Positions 26,762 through 40,540 of a stretch of 64,000 nucleotides of DNA are shown in pieces (positions within the stretch are counted from its first letter, which is position 1; each line of letters starts with the position of its first letter). The position numbers and the translations under genes were made by a program. The notes under the pieces are model-generated. The model searched no databases, was not told the DNA's origin, and worked only from the letters and a program-made list of their open reading frames with translations. Source of the DNA: Octopus vulgaris (taxonomy: Eukaryota). The stretch is taken from the NCBI GenBank assembly GCA_951406725.2, contig OX597838.1:15686001-15750000 (forward strand), read 5' to 3'.

Positions 26762-27000
26762 AGCTCCACCACCAGCACTACCACCCACCATCAGCACTGG
26801 CACGTCCACCACCATCACCATCACCACCGGCACCAGCACCATCACCACCATAACCACCACCATCACCACCACCATCACCACCACCACCACCATCCACCAT
26901 CATAACCACCACCACCACCACCACCACCACCACCCACCACCACCATCATAACCACCACCACCACCACCACCACCACTACCACCACCAGCACCACCGTCAC
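26762..27000. repeat. (CAC)n-type triplet low-complexity tract
   Basis: Directly visible. Confidence 0.9.
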
Positions 27001-27235
27001 CTCACGCTCACCAACACGAAACAGTACCTTTAAACCTCTCTTGTGTTCTACTCTCACACGCTCTCCACTCTTTCCCTTTTTTCTCTTTCCTCATCTTCCC
27101 ACCATGTTGTGACTTCGTGTCTCAAAACTTTTCATTTTTTCACTGCCTCCTTATTCTCACAGCTTCCCCTACAATTTCGTTTACTTCCTTCCTTTCTCGT
27201 ACTCTTACTCTCTGCCTTTCTCTCTCTCTCTCTCT

Positions 27236-27320
<85 letters not shown>

Positions 27321-27339
27321 CATAAATACTCGGATAAAT

Positions 27340-27382
27340 GTAGATAGATAGACAGACAGACAGATGGATGGATGGATGGATG

Positions 27383-27461
<79 letters not shown>

Positions 27462-27501
27462 GGATAGATAGATGGATAGATTGATGACTGGATGGATGGA
27501 G

Positions 27502-27593
<92 letters not shown>

Positions 27594-27629
27594 GGATGGA
27601 TTGATGGCTGGCTGGCTGGATGGATGGAG

Positions 27630-27680
<51 letters not shown>
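27340..27680. repeat. (GATA)n/(GATG)n microsatellite
   Basis: Directly visible. Confidence 0.95.
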
Positions 27681-27711
27681 AAGTGAGAGTTATACAAACA
27701 TAGACATGGAC

Positions 27712-27759
<48 letters not shown>

Positions 27760-28234
27760 TAGACGGAAAGAGGGGCGAGATGGAAAGAGATATACAAGAA
27801 TACAAGCATATACATAAACATTCACTTCGTACCAGTCTCTCTTTATCTCTTCGCACACTTGGACACGCAGACGTACGCATATACACACAGCTGCATACGT
27901 GCATATAGTTACATAGATATGTACATATGTACATGTTGGTGATAGTGACTGAAATCTTCGCCTTCAATCCATTTTTCTTTGAACCGATGCGAAGACCTTT
28001 ACGTGCTCGATCGGCATGCTAGAAATACCAGCCGAATGATGATTATAACCATCATCAGAGGAGGAACATGACGGCTTTAGTCATTACTGCTGATGGCACC
28101 AATGGTGGTAATGTATGTACTTACAGTTACAGAATGTGTGCCCTTTCGCTGTTACCACAATACACCGACGTTTTTCTGAATTTAATATCTCTGCTCTGAA
28201 AATGTCCACTTCCATGTCAGAACTTCTATTAAAA

Positions 28235-29030
28235 AGATCAACGAAGGTCGAAAGCACGTGATTTGGTGGTCTTGGCGCTAGGGATGGCGGGGATTTATCT
28301 CCCCGCTAGCGATATAAACAAGAGTACATTTTGTATCAAAAGCCAATATGAGGGTCTCTTTCATAGTATCTACCGCTTTATAGTTTGTTATAACAGAACA
28401 ACCGCGTTTAAATGGGGATAAATATTACTTCTCGGTATCAATACTGCTTCTGTCGCCAATATATTTATTTTTAACGAGTTCACTGGAGAAAGAATACGAG
28501 AAACGATGGAAGGATGTGATGAGAAAGGTGGGTGTTAGTAACTCAGCTTAATCATTGAGGAAAGGAAAAGATCGTTGCTGGGCTTTTATAGGCTGCCGGG
28601 TTCGATCCACTAACCTTTTTATTCGTTTTTTTTTCTTTGATTTAGTTTTATTTTAAAATAAAGTTCTAGTAAAAGGAAAATTTAAACGATATATAAAATA
28701 CTTTTTGAGTAAATTTTTAATATTTATATCATTCGAACTCATGTAACATTTTTGTCTTTTGTTTGTACAGTATTGTCAAATTCTATATAAGATCATCATG
28801 ATCATAATAAAAATACTACTAACTCTAGCGGTCGAGTTTCCATCATTGACAAGACCAAAGAAGGTCGAAACCACGCGATCTGGTGGTTTCGGCACTAGAG
28901 GTGTCGCGAATTTATCTCCCCGCTAGCGATATAAACAAGAATGCATTTTGCACCAAAAGCCAATGTGAGTGTTTCTCTCATTGTATCTACAGCAGTATAG
29001 TTTGTTCTAAAAGAACATCCTTGTTTAAAT
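28235..29030 (+). repeat. Pair of ~175-bp direct repeats (28239-28413, 28856-29030) with internal inverted repeats; possible transposon termini
   Basis: gaaggtcgaaa.cacg.gat.tggtggt...atttatctccccgctagcgatataaacaaga...caaaagccaat.tgag occurs twice; ctctagcggtcga/tcggcactagag inverted. Confidence 0.7.
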
Positions 29031-29319
29031 ACTACTTCTATTGTAACATACTTCCTTCCATTGTATCCTTAAAATAAATAACAAATTTATTACTTCATCT
29101 AGATCGAAATTATGAACAAATCAACATGTCTGATTAACAAAGTTCTGTTGGCGGTTGTTAAATCACACTTCCGATAAGGTAAGTTTGAATTATATATCGT
29201 TGTACTTGTTATTGTCATTTGCAGTTATACCGACTCTTTCTCACTCTGATAGCTTTTTAATGGATGAACAATGGTTCTCTGAGTTACCTATCTGAAGTTA
29301 TGTAGACAAAGTCGAGATA

Positions 29320-29660
29320 GGCGCAGGAGTGGCTGTGTGGTAAGTAGCTTGCTAACCAACCACATGGTTCCTTGTGAGTGGATTTGGTAGACGGAAACTG
29401 AAAGAAGCCTGTCGTATATATGTATATATATATAAGTGTGTGTGTATATGTTTGTGTGTCTGTGTTTGTCCCCCTAGCATTGCTTGACAACCGATGCTGG
29501 TGTGTTTACGTCCCCGTCACTTAGCGGTTCGGCAAAAGAGACCGATAGAATAAGTACTGGGCTTACAAAGAATAAGTCCCGGGGTCGATTTGCTCGACTA
29601 AAGGCGGTGCTCCAGCATGGCCGCAGTCAAATGACTGAAACAAGTAAAAGAGTAAAAAGA
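29320..29660 (+). mobile_element. SINE family A, young-looking, with internal deletion of the B-box/CORE segment
   Basis: Near identical to 17327-17743 but jumps from catggttcc to ttgtgagtggatttgg. Confidence 0.9.
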
Positions 29661-30265
29661 GAGAGAGAGAGTAAATGCTAAGCGTCTTTTATCAATTCTC
29701 TGCCAACATATCCGTTTCTATGTACAAACAGAAGAAAGAATACTTGAGGGCAGTATTCCATTGCGGAGTTTATTCGTTCGAAACTTGATGAATTCCTGTC
29801 ACTAATATTTTCTTAATCTTTCAGACAAAAAAAAATCTGTGTATGAGCATGAGAGATGCACATTTACATAGATACGTCAGTCTTGGTCTTATTAGTAGAG
29901 GCAAAATATGCTTAAGTATGTGTTTGATAGAGGATATCTTCTACTGATGATGTGTAAGGACACGGAAATCCTGATTTAGCTATTCACCACTGCTACGGGA
30001 CACTTTTCAACTGCTACTGATATATTCGGTATTTTTAGCACCATACGTCTATACGAGAAACTTTTGTGGATTCCATACGTTAAGACATACCGTTTTGTGG
30101 ATTTCATACGTTAAGACATACAGATTGTCATACATACATACATGCATATATACATACATACATACATACATACATACATACATACATACATACATACATG
30201 TATATATAATTACACACACACACATTATATGTGAACACACAGGCACATACACAGACACACACATA

Positions 30266-30319
<54 letters not shown>

Positions 30320-30769
30320 TATATATATATGCATGTGTATATATGTGTGTGGGGTGCGCGTGTTTGGGGTGTATGTGCGTAAGTATACACGTGCGCTCGC
30401 ACCTACACACGCGCGCATTCTCACACGCACACACTCACACACATACACATGGAAGTAATATGCTTCTGGAAGTGACTACAGTGGAGGGTGAAAAATGTTG
30501 ACAGCTCCAAATGATGAATAGGTATGTGTGTTTTGTGTATCATGTGACAAGTAGTACACTAAGCGTACTATGACACTGGTGAATCAGCTGATTGACACCA
30601 TCAGCTGGCACTGGCATTGGGGCGGCTTGTATTTTGGGGATGTTGTTTTGTGGGTGTTGTGTGTCCATGTAGATTTTTTTGTGTGTTTATATATAGGTAA
30701 ATATAGGTACATCCCACCCATATTCACACACACATAAACGTACACACACACAAATTACAAGTGGTCTTG

Positions 30770-31423
30770 GGTCCAGGCCCGATGCGTGGCACCTAGAGCA
30801 AGTGTCTTCTACTATAGCCCCATGCTGACCAAAGTTTTGTGAGTAGATTTGGTAGAAATAACTGAAAGAAGCCCACAATATATATATACATACACGTATG
30901 TATATATATATATACTTTGCATTTGTTAAGTGTGGGTCTAATCTTGCGAGTTGACAAACTCAGCGCTGTAGTTCACTGTTCATATATGTATGCATCCATG
31001 CATGCATGTATGTATGCATGTATGTATGTATGTATGTATGTATGTATGTATGTATGTATGTATGTATGTACGTATGTATGTATGTATGTATGTATGTACT
31101 ATGTATGCATGTATGTATGTATGTATGTATGTATGTATGTGTGTATGTATGTATGTGTGTATGTATGTGTGTATGTATGTATGTATGTATGTATGTATGT
31201 ATGTGTGCGTGTGTGTCTGTGTCTGTGTTTGTCCTTCACAACTGCTTAACAACCGGTGTTGGTGTGTTTACGTCCCCATAACTTAGAGGTTCGGCAAAGA
31301 TATCGATAGAATAAGTACCAGGCTTTAAAAATGTACTGTAGTTGATTCATTCGATTAAAATTTCTTCAAGGTAGTGCCCCAGCATGGCCTCAGTCTAATT
31401 ATTGAAACCAGCAAGAGACAAAA
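30770..31423 (+). mobile_element. Old SINE family A copy with ~330-bp expanded interior (mostly (TATG)n)
   Basis: Head 30770-30880, tail 31215-31423. Confidence 0.75.
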
Positions 31424-31424
31424 G

Positions 31425-31495
<71 letters not shown>

Positions 31496-31842
31496 TTATA
31501 TCACAATTGCACGACGAACGGGACCGTGAAACTGAGTAACACTTCTGTGATAAATTTGCAGCTATAATAAAAACTATATTACTGTACCTTTGGTATTCAA
31601 ATACTATTTTTTCACCTTGTTTTGCACCTATGTGCTCATCAGTGTGTATATACATGCATACATACATACATACATACATACATACATACATACATACATA
31701 CATACATGCATACATAGATACATACATAGATACATACATGCATACATACATACATACATACATACATACATACATACATACATACATACATACATACATA
31801 CATACATACATACATACACTCATATGTATGTATATATAAATG

Positions 31843-31874
<32 letters not shown>

Positions 31875-32191
31875 TGTATATATACTCTCAGACAAGTATA
31901 TGTGTGTGTGCGCGTGTGCGCGTCCGAGTATGCGTTTGTGTGTACGTGATCTGAAGGAATTTTTCATTGTGGTGGTCTCTGACCAAACATTAATGACCTG
32001 ACAGTTCTTGTCGGAGCCGGATCTAAGTTCACTTATATTCCGAAATGACACAGCTGTGGGTCGAGTTTCGTGTTCTTCATACCTTTTATTTGTTTTTATA
32101 CAAAAATTATAAAAATATGCCAGTTTTAACTGGAATTAATATGTATCTAACTACGTATCTTTCTATTTTTGTGTGCGTGTATATATATATA

Positions 32192-32645
32192 TAAATAAGA
32201 AACAAGGATATCCAGAAGTAATGCTGTACGATCGTTTCAGCCAATTCCATTTAATTGAACAATGCAGTCATTATATCAATTTAAAATGCAGAGCAATCCT
32301 CAGTTGCGCAAAGACATAGAATTAAATTAAATTAAAACAGATGGACACATTAGTATAATTGTACCTAAAATCTCCAAGAAGTTAAGGAGATAGAGAAAGA
32401 ATATGCTACGTAGAAGCCGCTATATTGGAGTGAACGCAGCATGTCTATCTCCTTAACTTCTTAAATATTTTAGGTATAATTATACTAATGTGTCCATCTG
32501 CTCTAATTTAATTAAATTCTATGTCTTTGCGCCACTGAAGATTGCTCTGCATTTTAAATTGATGTAATGACTGCATTGTTCAATTAAATGGCGTTGCATG
32601 AAACGATCGTACTGCATTACCTCTGGATATCCTTCTTGCTTATTT
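32192..32645. mobile_element. Fold-back element with ~200-bp arms (32192-32395, 32443-32645), each carrying a hammerhead-like core
   Basis: Plus arm CTGAAGA(32535)...GAAAC-GATC-GTA(32611); minus arm CTGAGGA...GAAAC-GATC-GTA; (TA)n both sides. Confidence 0.85.
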
Positions 32646-32675
32646 TGATTTTGTATATATATATATGTGTGTGTG

Positions 32676-32801
<126 letters not shown>

Positions 32802-33029
32802 CATACATATATATACATACATACATATATATACACAAACACACATACACACATATATATAAGGTCCTGGTAAGGTATAAAGGTTAAGTATTTCCAGAGA
32901 AGCACCCAACCCGAGTTCTGGGTTATCGACACTGTCAGATTTCTGACTAATAACGAAATTTATCAAGTGTAGAAAATTCTGCTTTGTGTGAGTGCGGCAA
33001 AGAGTAAAGTATAATCCAAATAACAAGAA

Positions 33030-33178
33030 GACAAATAAATCCTTTAACATATCTCTAATGATTCGTTATAATTGTTTCTGTGCCAACTCTGTTTGCAAAG
33101 CGTAAACTGGCGTTGCAAGCAGAGTTCATACACAAACAATTATGATTCATTAAAGATGTGTGAAAAGATTTCTCTGTC
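33030..33178. mobile_element. Degenerate fold-back element; arms ~33030-33098 and ~33113-33178
   Basis: taatgattcgttataattgtttctgtgccaactctgtttgcaa vs ttgcaagcagagttcatacacaaacaattatgattcatta; ends at TA tract. Confidence 0.6.
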
Positions 33179-33379
33179 TAATATATATATAATTATGTAT
33201 TGACTCGAATGGGAAAATGTGTCGCTCAAGGACTTCAGTTTGAACAATTTCCATGATTTTTCATATTTAGATGCTTTTATTAAATTCATTCAGTTGTTAA
33301 ACATAAATAAATCTTGGAATTAAATGGTTTTAATTTACTGTCAGGTGACGTTTGGCAACCCTGTTTATATATATATACA

Positions 33380-34425
33380 TACAGGATGTCCCAAAATTAA
33401 GGCAACCCACATTTTTTAATTTTGCGAAAGCAAAATATTGTTATATTTTGGGTCCGAGTGTTGTAATACAATGGCAAAGGAAACACAATTATGACACTAC
33501 CACATTTATTCGATACGACCACCTCTGTTTCGAATCACAGCTTTAAGTCGAGGTGCAGATGATTCACAGCTGTTCTTGCGGAATCGAAGCCCATTCCTGG
33601 CGTAGTTTTTGCATTCAGAGCGTTGAGAGTTGTATGATGAGTGCTCGAGATCTTCACCTACCAAAATGAACCAAAAAGAAAAATCCATCGTGTTGAGATC
33701 AGGATTTCTTGAGGGCCACACACCCTTGCCTATGAATGACGGAATGTTTTTCTGAATCTAGTGTTGTATATGTTTGGAGCTGTGGGAAGTTCAGCTTCCA
33801 GAATTTCGCTAATGTATTGATGAGTGTTAATTTAACACCCGACGGCACAAAAATGAGGGGAGACCTTCCAGTTGCCGACACAGCCGCCCAAGCTATAATT
33901 GACTGTGGATTTTGACGTCGATTTATGAGTCTACTCTCAACGGATCCAAATACGCTCCAAAGTCGGTCATTCTGGTGATTTACTGTCTGTTCGATGTCAA
34001 ATTTCTTTTCATCAATGAACACCAGGTTGGGCAGCGTGTAATCAGCAATCTTACGCAGAGTAAGACGACTTCTCTCCGGTCTCAAGGCCTTATAAACTTG
34101 CCTGAGCTCATGACGGATCCTCTTGTAGGTGTGGGTCTTGAGATCCTCTTTCATCGATGTTTGACTTACTTTTCCTTTGGCAACCAGTTTTTGACGGAAC
34201 GACGAGGATTTCGCCGTATCTTTTCTCTGGTACTTTTGATAAGCTGAGGGGTTCGCAGATTTCTTTTTCGGCTACGTTCAGGTCGATCAGCAGTGAAACC
34301 AATCTCTTCAAATTTCTCGGCAATTTTCCAGTGTGTTAGGTTAATTTTAAGCTTTTTTGCTATAGCTGTCTTATTTTCGCTTCCTTTGTGGAGAGTTATG
34401 ATTGTTTTTCGGTATATACCCGTTA
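33380..34425 (-). pseudogene. Decayed Tc1/mariner transposase, DD37D (maT)-like, with right TIR
   Basis: N-terminal RKTIITLHK..AIAK.LK, DRPERSRKR; LVFIDEKKFDIEQTVNHQNDRLW; WAAVSATGRSPLIFVPSGVK; WPSRNPDLNTMDFSFW; frameshifts; TA|caggatgtcccaaaatt terminus. Confidence 0.88.
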
Positions 34426-34781
34426 TCTAATTTATAAATCTGATAGATCGGTCGGATATCCCAAATGGTGATACCAGAACTCTTACTATAAATGCATCAT
34501 GGGATATCGTTTTGTAAGAGGAAACTTCAGATTGATATATTTTTTTAAAAATGAACTAGATGTAGAACTCATAAATCACTATCTTTGTTGACAGCATATT
34601 TATAAGATAACGCCGATTCAAGGTATTAGCAGCTTTCAGTGTGTGAAACAGGAAAGTTAGAGAAAGCATTGATACTTTTTTTCCGTTCAGAAAACAGTTT
34701 TAACCAAATTTCATCCTTATGTTAGCTGAAAAAACGATTTAAAAAAAAAAATCTTTTTCTCAATATTGTTAATAATGTATT

Positions 34782-35294
34782 CAAGTTTTGGTACAAGGCC
34801 AGCAATTTCGGGGGAAGGATAGGTCAATTAGATCGACCCCAGTGCTCAACTGGTACTTATTTTATCTACCCCAAATTGATGAAAGGCAAAGTAGACCTCG
34901 GAGGAATTTTGCAGCAAAAGTTGAGGACATTCTAGTGTTTTATTTTTATCGCTTATTAAGGAGGAAGGGCAACGCACATGATCTGGGGCAAATTCTGCAA
35001 GGCATTCCGTCCGATGCTTTAGCAATTTTGCCAGTTCGTCACACAAGACTGGTGCTTATTTACCGACCGTGTAAAGGTGGCAGGCAAAGTTGGCCTCGAT
35101 GTGATTTGAACTCAAATCGCTAGAAGCTGGAATAAATATTCTTCTCTACTCTAGGTATAAGGCCCGAAATTTTTGGGGAGGAGGGCCATTCGATTAGATC
35201 GACCCCAGTACGCAACTGGTACTTAATTTAGACAGACGAAATACTGCTAAGCATTTCGCCCGGCGTGCTAATGTTTTTGCCAGCTCACCGCCTC
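34782..35294 (-). mobile_element. Cluster of SINE family B copies/fragments
   Basis: Repeated gatcgaccccagt...caactggtactta and gcatttcgcccggcgtgctaa. Confidence 0.75.
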
Positions 35295-35763
35295 AAAGCC
35301 GGAATAAATATTGCAAGACTCGACACTCAAACGACTGCTTGCTAATTCGCCGTTAGGTGGCTTACAAGGAATCATTTCATCATCCTATGCAATGCATCTT
35401 ATTCCATAGGGACAACTGTTAAGCTATTAAATATAGGCAAATATTGATAGTGCAATACTTACTGTCACGTGTTTTATTCAGACTCTTTGTGATAATGTTC
35501 ATTTATATCGTTCATGATATGTGTTATCAACAATAGCAGATAAATACAGAAAATTGAGGTATCTTTGAACAGAACCGAAACCCCAATAGATTGAGAATTT
35601 AGCAAGAACATATGTAAATTTATAGTCATGACATGTTTTTACTCCGGTATTATAGTTGAAGATATACGTGTATGTAATGAATGAATAAATGAATGAATGG
35701 ATGGATGAATGAATGAAATAAATGAATGAATGGATGAATGAACGGGGAGAATTATTAAACGAT

Positions 35764-35920
35764 GCAGGCGACGAAATGAATGAATGAACACAGCAGACGA
35801 CACAATAACTGATTGAACGCAACAGATGACAAAATGACTGACTGAACGCAGCAGACGACAAAAGCAGACGACAAAATGAATGACTGTGAACACAACAGAC
35901 AACTAAATAAATGAATGAAA
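35764..35920 (+). repeat. ~29-bp minisatellite (gcagacgacaaaatgactgactgaacgca-like) x ~5 adjoining (ATGA)n
   Basis: Directly visible degenerate tandem units. Confidence 0.7.
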
Positions 35921-36360
35921 ATAACTAAATACCGATAGAAAACGTAGCACAACGCCGCGTTATGATACAATTCATTATAGTTATCCCACGGTTCGAAATT
36001 GCAAAGAAAGAAAACAAAATATTTTACTTCTTACTCTTATTCTTTTTTTCGCCGTCTTCATAATTTTGTGTCATGGATGAATTCACCGCACCCTTTTTCT
36101 ATTGGTTCGTACGACTTCCTTGCTATTGTATCATAAAGGGAAGGGTTTCAACTTCTACTTGGATCGAGAAATCCGTTTCAATCGATCAGTCATCACAGTG
36201 ACGCCAAATGTCTCTCAATTATTGTTGTCAATTTTTGTTGCCGTCGCCGTTGCTACCGCAGCTGTTGTTGTTCTTGTTGAGATTGTTGTTCTTTTTTTTC
36301 CTTCCGTGATTGCTGTTTTTATGTATTCATATATTTTTTTTTTTTCATTCTTTCTTTCAT

Positions 36361-36411
<51 letters not shown>

Positions 36412-36433
36412 CTCTATCTTAGCTATCTAATAT

Positions 36434-36592
36434 TTACCTGATTATTCTGGCTGTGCCAAGGTGGCAAACCTTTTGTAACAGTTCTACTGGGCACTCTATT
36501 CTAATTTCCTTTATATTCCCCTTGATGCCTTCTGATACTGTTCCCAAGGACCCAACAATAATTGGCACCATCTTCACCTTCTTCAGTAATGC
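36434..36592 (-). pseudogene. C-terminal RLE fragment of an R4/Dong-like LINE
   Basis: KVKMVPIIVGSLGTV...VELLQKVCHLGTARIIR fits VPxxxGALG...LQKxxLLGTAxILR. Confidence 0.8.
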
Positions 36593-37099
36593 AAATACGC
36601 TCCAAATTATTTTCAAAGGGAAACACAACAGAATTTTTGAGAAGTTAGTAAAGAAAAAAATCACACAAACAGATCATCAGTCTTAAACAAAGTTGTATAA
36701 ATAAAAATAGGAAAGAGAATAACTCTGGAAATTAATACGAACAGCAATAACACTATTCCGTCTTTTTCAAATATTTTAGCTCAAAAGGAGCGTTTTGACT
36801 TAAGTAAACTCTAGGAAAAGGAAAAAGGAATGAACAGAGTACGTCACAAAAGACATATTTCCTTGCCCGACGAATTTATTCAGGAGGGAAGAAAATGACA
36901 TACCACTGTATAAAAAATGGTGGGAGTTTCCAAATGCTTTCATATATGCCAGGAAGTATGCTCAGTCGACTGAGGTAAGGCACATGGAAGTCTGCCTGGT
37001 TATTGAAAATGTGAATCAGGCGGGAACTTAGGTAGAGCATGTAAACCACACACCTTAGTTTTATGAATATAAGGATTACCATAGGATATATTAATTAAT

Positions 37100-37570
37100 C
37101 CTTTCTATTAAAGCATGAGGCTTGGAATTTGTGGGGCGGAGACCAGTCGATTACATCAACCCCAGTGTTTCACTGGTACTTAATTTATCGGCCCCGAAAG
37201 GATGAAAGGCAAAGTCGAATTCGGCGAAATTTGGACTCAAAACGTAGCGGCATACGGAATACCGCTAAGCATTTTCCTCGGTGTGGTAGCGATTCAGACG
37301 AAATACCTATTTGTGTGCTAGCGATTCAGACGAAATACCTATTTCTTTACTGCCCACAAGGGGCTAAACACAGAGAGGACAAACAAGGACAGACAAACGG
37401 ATTAAGTCGATTATATCGACCCCAGTGCGTAACTGGTACTTATTTAATCGACCCAGAAAGGATGAAAGGCAAAGTCGACCTCAGCGGAATTTGAACTCAG
37501 AACGTAACGGCAGACGAAATACCGCTGAGCATTTCGCCCGCGTGCTAACGTTTCTGCCAGCTCGCCGCCT
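37100..37570 (-). mobile_element. Two head-to-tail SINE family B copies
   Basis: Junction gacgaaatacctatttctttactgcccacaagggg as in the 26031 dimer. Confidence 0.85.
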
Positions 37571-38691
37571 TAGGGTATATTAATAATGACATCGGAGCTC
37601 GATTAGTCATCACTTTGAGTAATAGTGCGGATGTGTTGAACGAGAATTGGACCGAAATAGCATGTGGTTGGCAGCGGGGTGGGATCTACATGAACCTCCG
37701 AATACTGATGATACTCAATAACTAAAAGAATATACTAGAGCAGAGCTGCAGATCACTGAGGGACGTGAGTTGACTGCCAGCCACACTAGTGGCATAGAGT
37801 AAAAGGCCGGTAGCTGCTTATGTGGTAGTTAATGTTATATAAGGGCCTTCTGCTAAGAAGAAGAAAAAAAGCAATAGAAAAGGGTAATTGGTAAGCAGCA
37901 GCAGGAACAGCAACACTGACTGCACCAGCAGACCACAAAAATGAAGACCTTGGCTACTGCTACAGATATTTCTGGAACACCATCGGTCAACAGCTTCGAG
38001 GACAGTCAGAGTTGAACTGACTCATCCTCAGCCACCTGCATCACTAAGTGGCACAGCAGAAGATAAGAGTCGCCGCTTAAACAAGAGGGAATTTTGTGCT
38101 CTGTATACTGGGTCCAAGTGTGAAGGGATGCAAAATTCTCTCCCGTTTAAAATGCCTTTTCATTAAGACAGTGATGCCAAAATTACCGTTAACCCAGGCA
38201 CTGAGAATTTTTTCCCCACCACCGATTGGCTGAGGGATCATCCTATTTAGCAAAGATTTACCAGAGATTATTTACAAATGTACCATCCTATGACCTTGTG
38301 GTAGTGCAGAGAAGGCCGGACAGTCTGGGGAAACTGTCGGACACAATAAGAATATAAAAAGAAGGGCAAGGAAAGATAGAAACTAGATAAAAATTTAACA
38401 AAGGGCTGAACGTTTCTCGTGAAGAGGCAAGAGACACTTACACGGAACTTTTGATCTTTAAGATACTCCAAATCACCCGTGAACAAATAAAATACATCGC
38501 TGTTTCAAGAGTTGATAGGGAAAGAGTACCAGTAATTAGAAAAAGAAACCTTAAACACAATAGTGACCATAAAAAGTTAAACTTATATACAGGGAATATG
38601 ACAAAGTTGTTAGTGTGCATAACAGAGAAAGATTATTTTTAATAGGTTTTAATTTCATTTTGAAAAGTATTTAAAATAAATTATATACTGG

Positions 38692-38908
38692 AAGGCAGTG
38701 AGCTGGGCGGAATCGTTAGCATGCCGGGCAAAATGCTCAGCGGCATTTCGTCCGTCTTTCCGTTCTGTGTTTAAATACCGCGGAGGTCGACTTTTCCTTT
38801 CATCCTTACGGAGGTCGATAAAATAAGTATCAATTGAGTATTGGGGTTGATGAAATCGACTTATCCCCATCTACCGAAATTGCTGGTCTTGTGCCAAAAT
38901 CTAGAGCC
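38692..38908 (+). mobile_element. SINE family B
   Basis: aggcagtgagctgggcggaatcgttagc...tttcatccttacggaggtcgataaaataagta. Confidence 0.8.
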
Positions 38909-39916
38909 TATAGAATATATACTTGTGCATCTCCTGAAGTGCCGTCTCGCATCCCCTTGTCTAGAAAATATAGAAGCCCTTCACGACTCAGCTCAGGCTG
39001 AAGATGCTCACGTGCAAAGTCAGAAGATCTAATTTGCGGGAGGCATTTAGAGAAGATGGTGGTGAGAGATGGGGGTGGGGTGGAGCCACGATCCTGCCTT
39101 GGTGGCGACTTCTCAGTCCTGTGTGGGTGGGTGAAGAAGTTGCTTATATTTGTATTTGTTTCATGTGCTAAATGTTTAACCTGTCTTAATATATTGTATT
39201 CTGTTTCCTGAGGTGTGTAGCTTTTGTGATATGGGAAAGTATGATGGTGTATTGTTTGTATAGAAATGAAATTACTCAACCGCGACATCGATTTTTTTTC
39301 TGAGAATTTTGGACTGCTACCAACGGAAAAAAAATTATCAAAATTATCGTTGTCACTCATCATCATCATCGTCGTCGTCGTCGTCGTCGTCGCTACTGTC
39401 GTCGCCATAGCCTAACAACCACCGCTGTCCATCACCGCTACTGTCATCGCCATAAGCACTACCACCTCCACTACCTCCGCTGCTGCCACCATCAGTGCCT
39501 CCGCCGCCACCACCACCACCACCACAAAAGTAACAACAAAAACGACGAAGTAAACGACGATGATGTGAACGACGACAGTTACTGCAATCATCTCTATTAC
39601 CAACATCCTTATCATCATCATCATCATCATCATAGTTGTCACCATCACTGTCATCACAATCTGCATCGTTATCGTCATTGTCATCGTCATTTGTTCATCG
39701 GAATCATTTCTGTTTAGCTGCATCTGCACCGTCGTTTTGAAGACTGAACAAGCGACCCTTGCGCAGTCTAACATTACGACAGAAGAGAGCATTAATAGAC
39801 CTGCAAGAAATTGCGGCCAGATCTCCGTTAAATCAGATGCTCCTAGTTAGATCCCTAATCTAAAAAGACAGAGTGGTCACGGTTCAGAAAGTTAAAGGGT
39901 AGTACACAACACGCTA

Positions 39917-40540
39917 TACAAGCTCGTCCGGTTATTTTACTATTAGAGCACGAAACTGCTGAGAAGCTCATAGACGGACTATAAAGAAGCGATGCTGGAA
40001 ATGTGAAATCTTGCATACTTTAATCTCAATTTTTATTAATAACTGCATTGTTTCTTTCAAAGTAAACTGACATCTGACTGTTCAAAAAACACTTCAAAAG
40101 TAACTAGTAGCGACTTCTCTTGAATATCGACAAAATTTAGCATCGTCGTGTTATCAAGTACTTGCAGAAAAAGGGTTTAACTTCTAAGGATATTCATGCT
40201 GACATAGTTATTACATTAGGGGATGACACTCCGGCTGTGTCAACAGTGCAAAAGTGGACAGCATAATTTAAAGGGAAAGGGAATGTCTTAAAGTCGATCC
40301 AAGGTCTGGACGTCCTGCAATTGCCAGCACCGAGGAAAACATTGATCGTGTTCACCACAAATGGCCAATGCTGTTAAATCAAACAGCCAATGCTATAAGC
40401 ATATTCCGTGTAAGAGTTGAGAATATTCTCCAAAATGAACTTGGCATGACGAAGGTTTCTGTTCGGTGGGTTCCACGTCTTCTGACAACTGACCAAAAGC
40501 GCACCAGGTTGACCACATCGCGGGAAAATCTGACATTGTC
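39917..40540 (+). pseudogene. 5' half of a mariner (DD34D-type) transposase, truncated by RLE-LINE/(AAT)n array
   Basis: HRRVIKYLQKKGLTSKDIHAD..TLGDDTPAVSTVQKW, DPRSGRP..ASTEENIDRV, KVSVRWVPRLLT (WVPxxL motif); stops and frameshifts. Confidence 0.88.

Noticed and set aside
26473-26784. 103-aa minus-strand ORF in unique sequence
   Set aside because: Starts inside a (GTG)n tract, no recognisable motif or convincing splice context; unique sequence, so not fully excluded
28846-28900. Hammerhead reading ttgacaa-GACC-aaagaa-GGTC-GAAACCAC...GTGGTT
   Set aside because: CUGANGA box is absent in both repeats, helix I is not adjacent, and a simple DNA inverted repeat explains the pairing
35764-35920. 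CRISPR-like periodicity (also 12248-12400, 62398-62680)
   Set aside because: Tandem units without unique spacers, no cas genes, eukaryotic context
38908-39792. 166-aa and 126-aa minus-strand ORFs
   Set aside because: Driven largely by triplet repeats; no family resemblance
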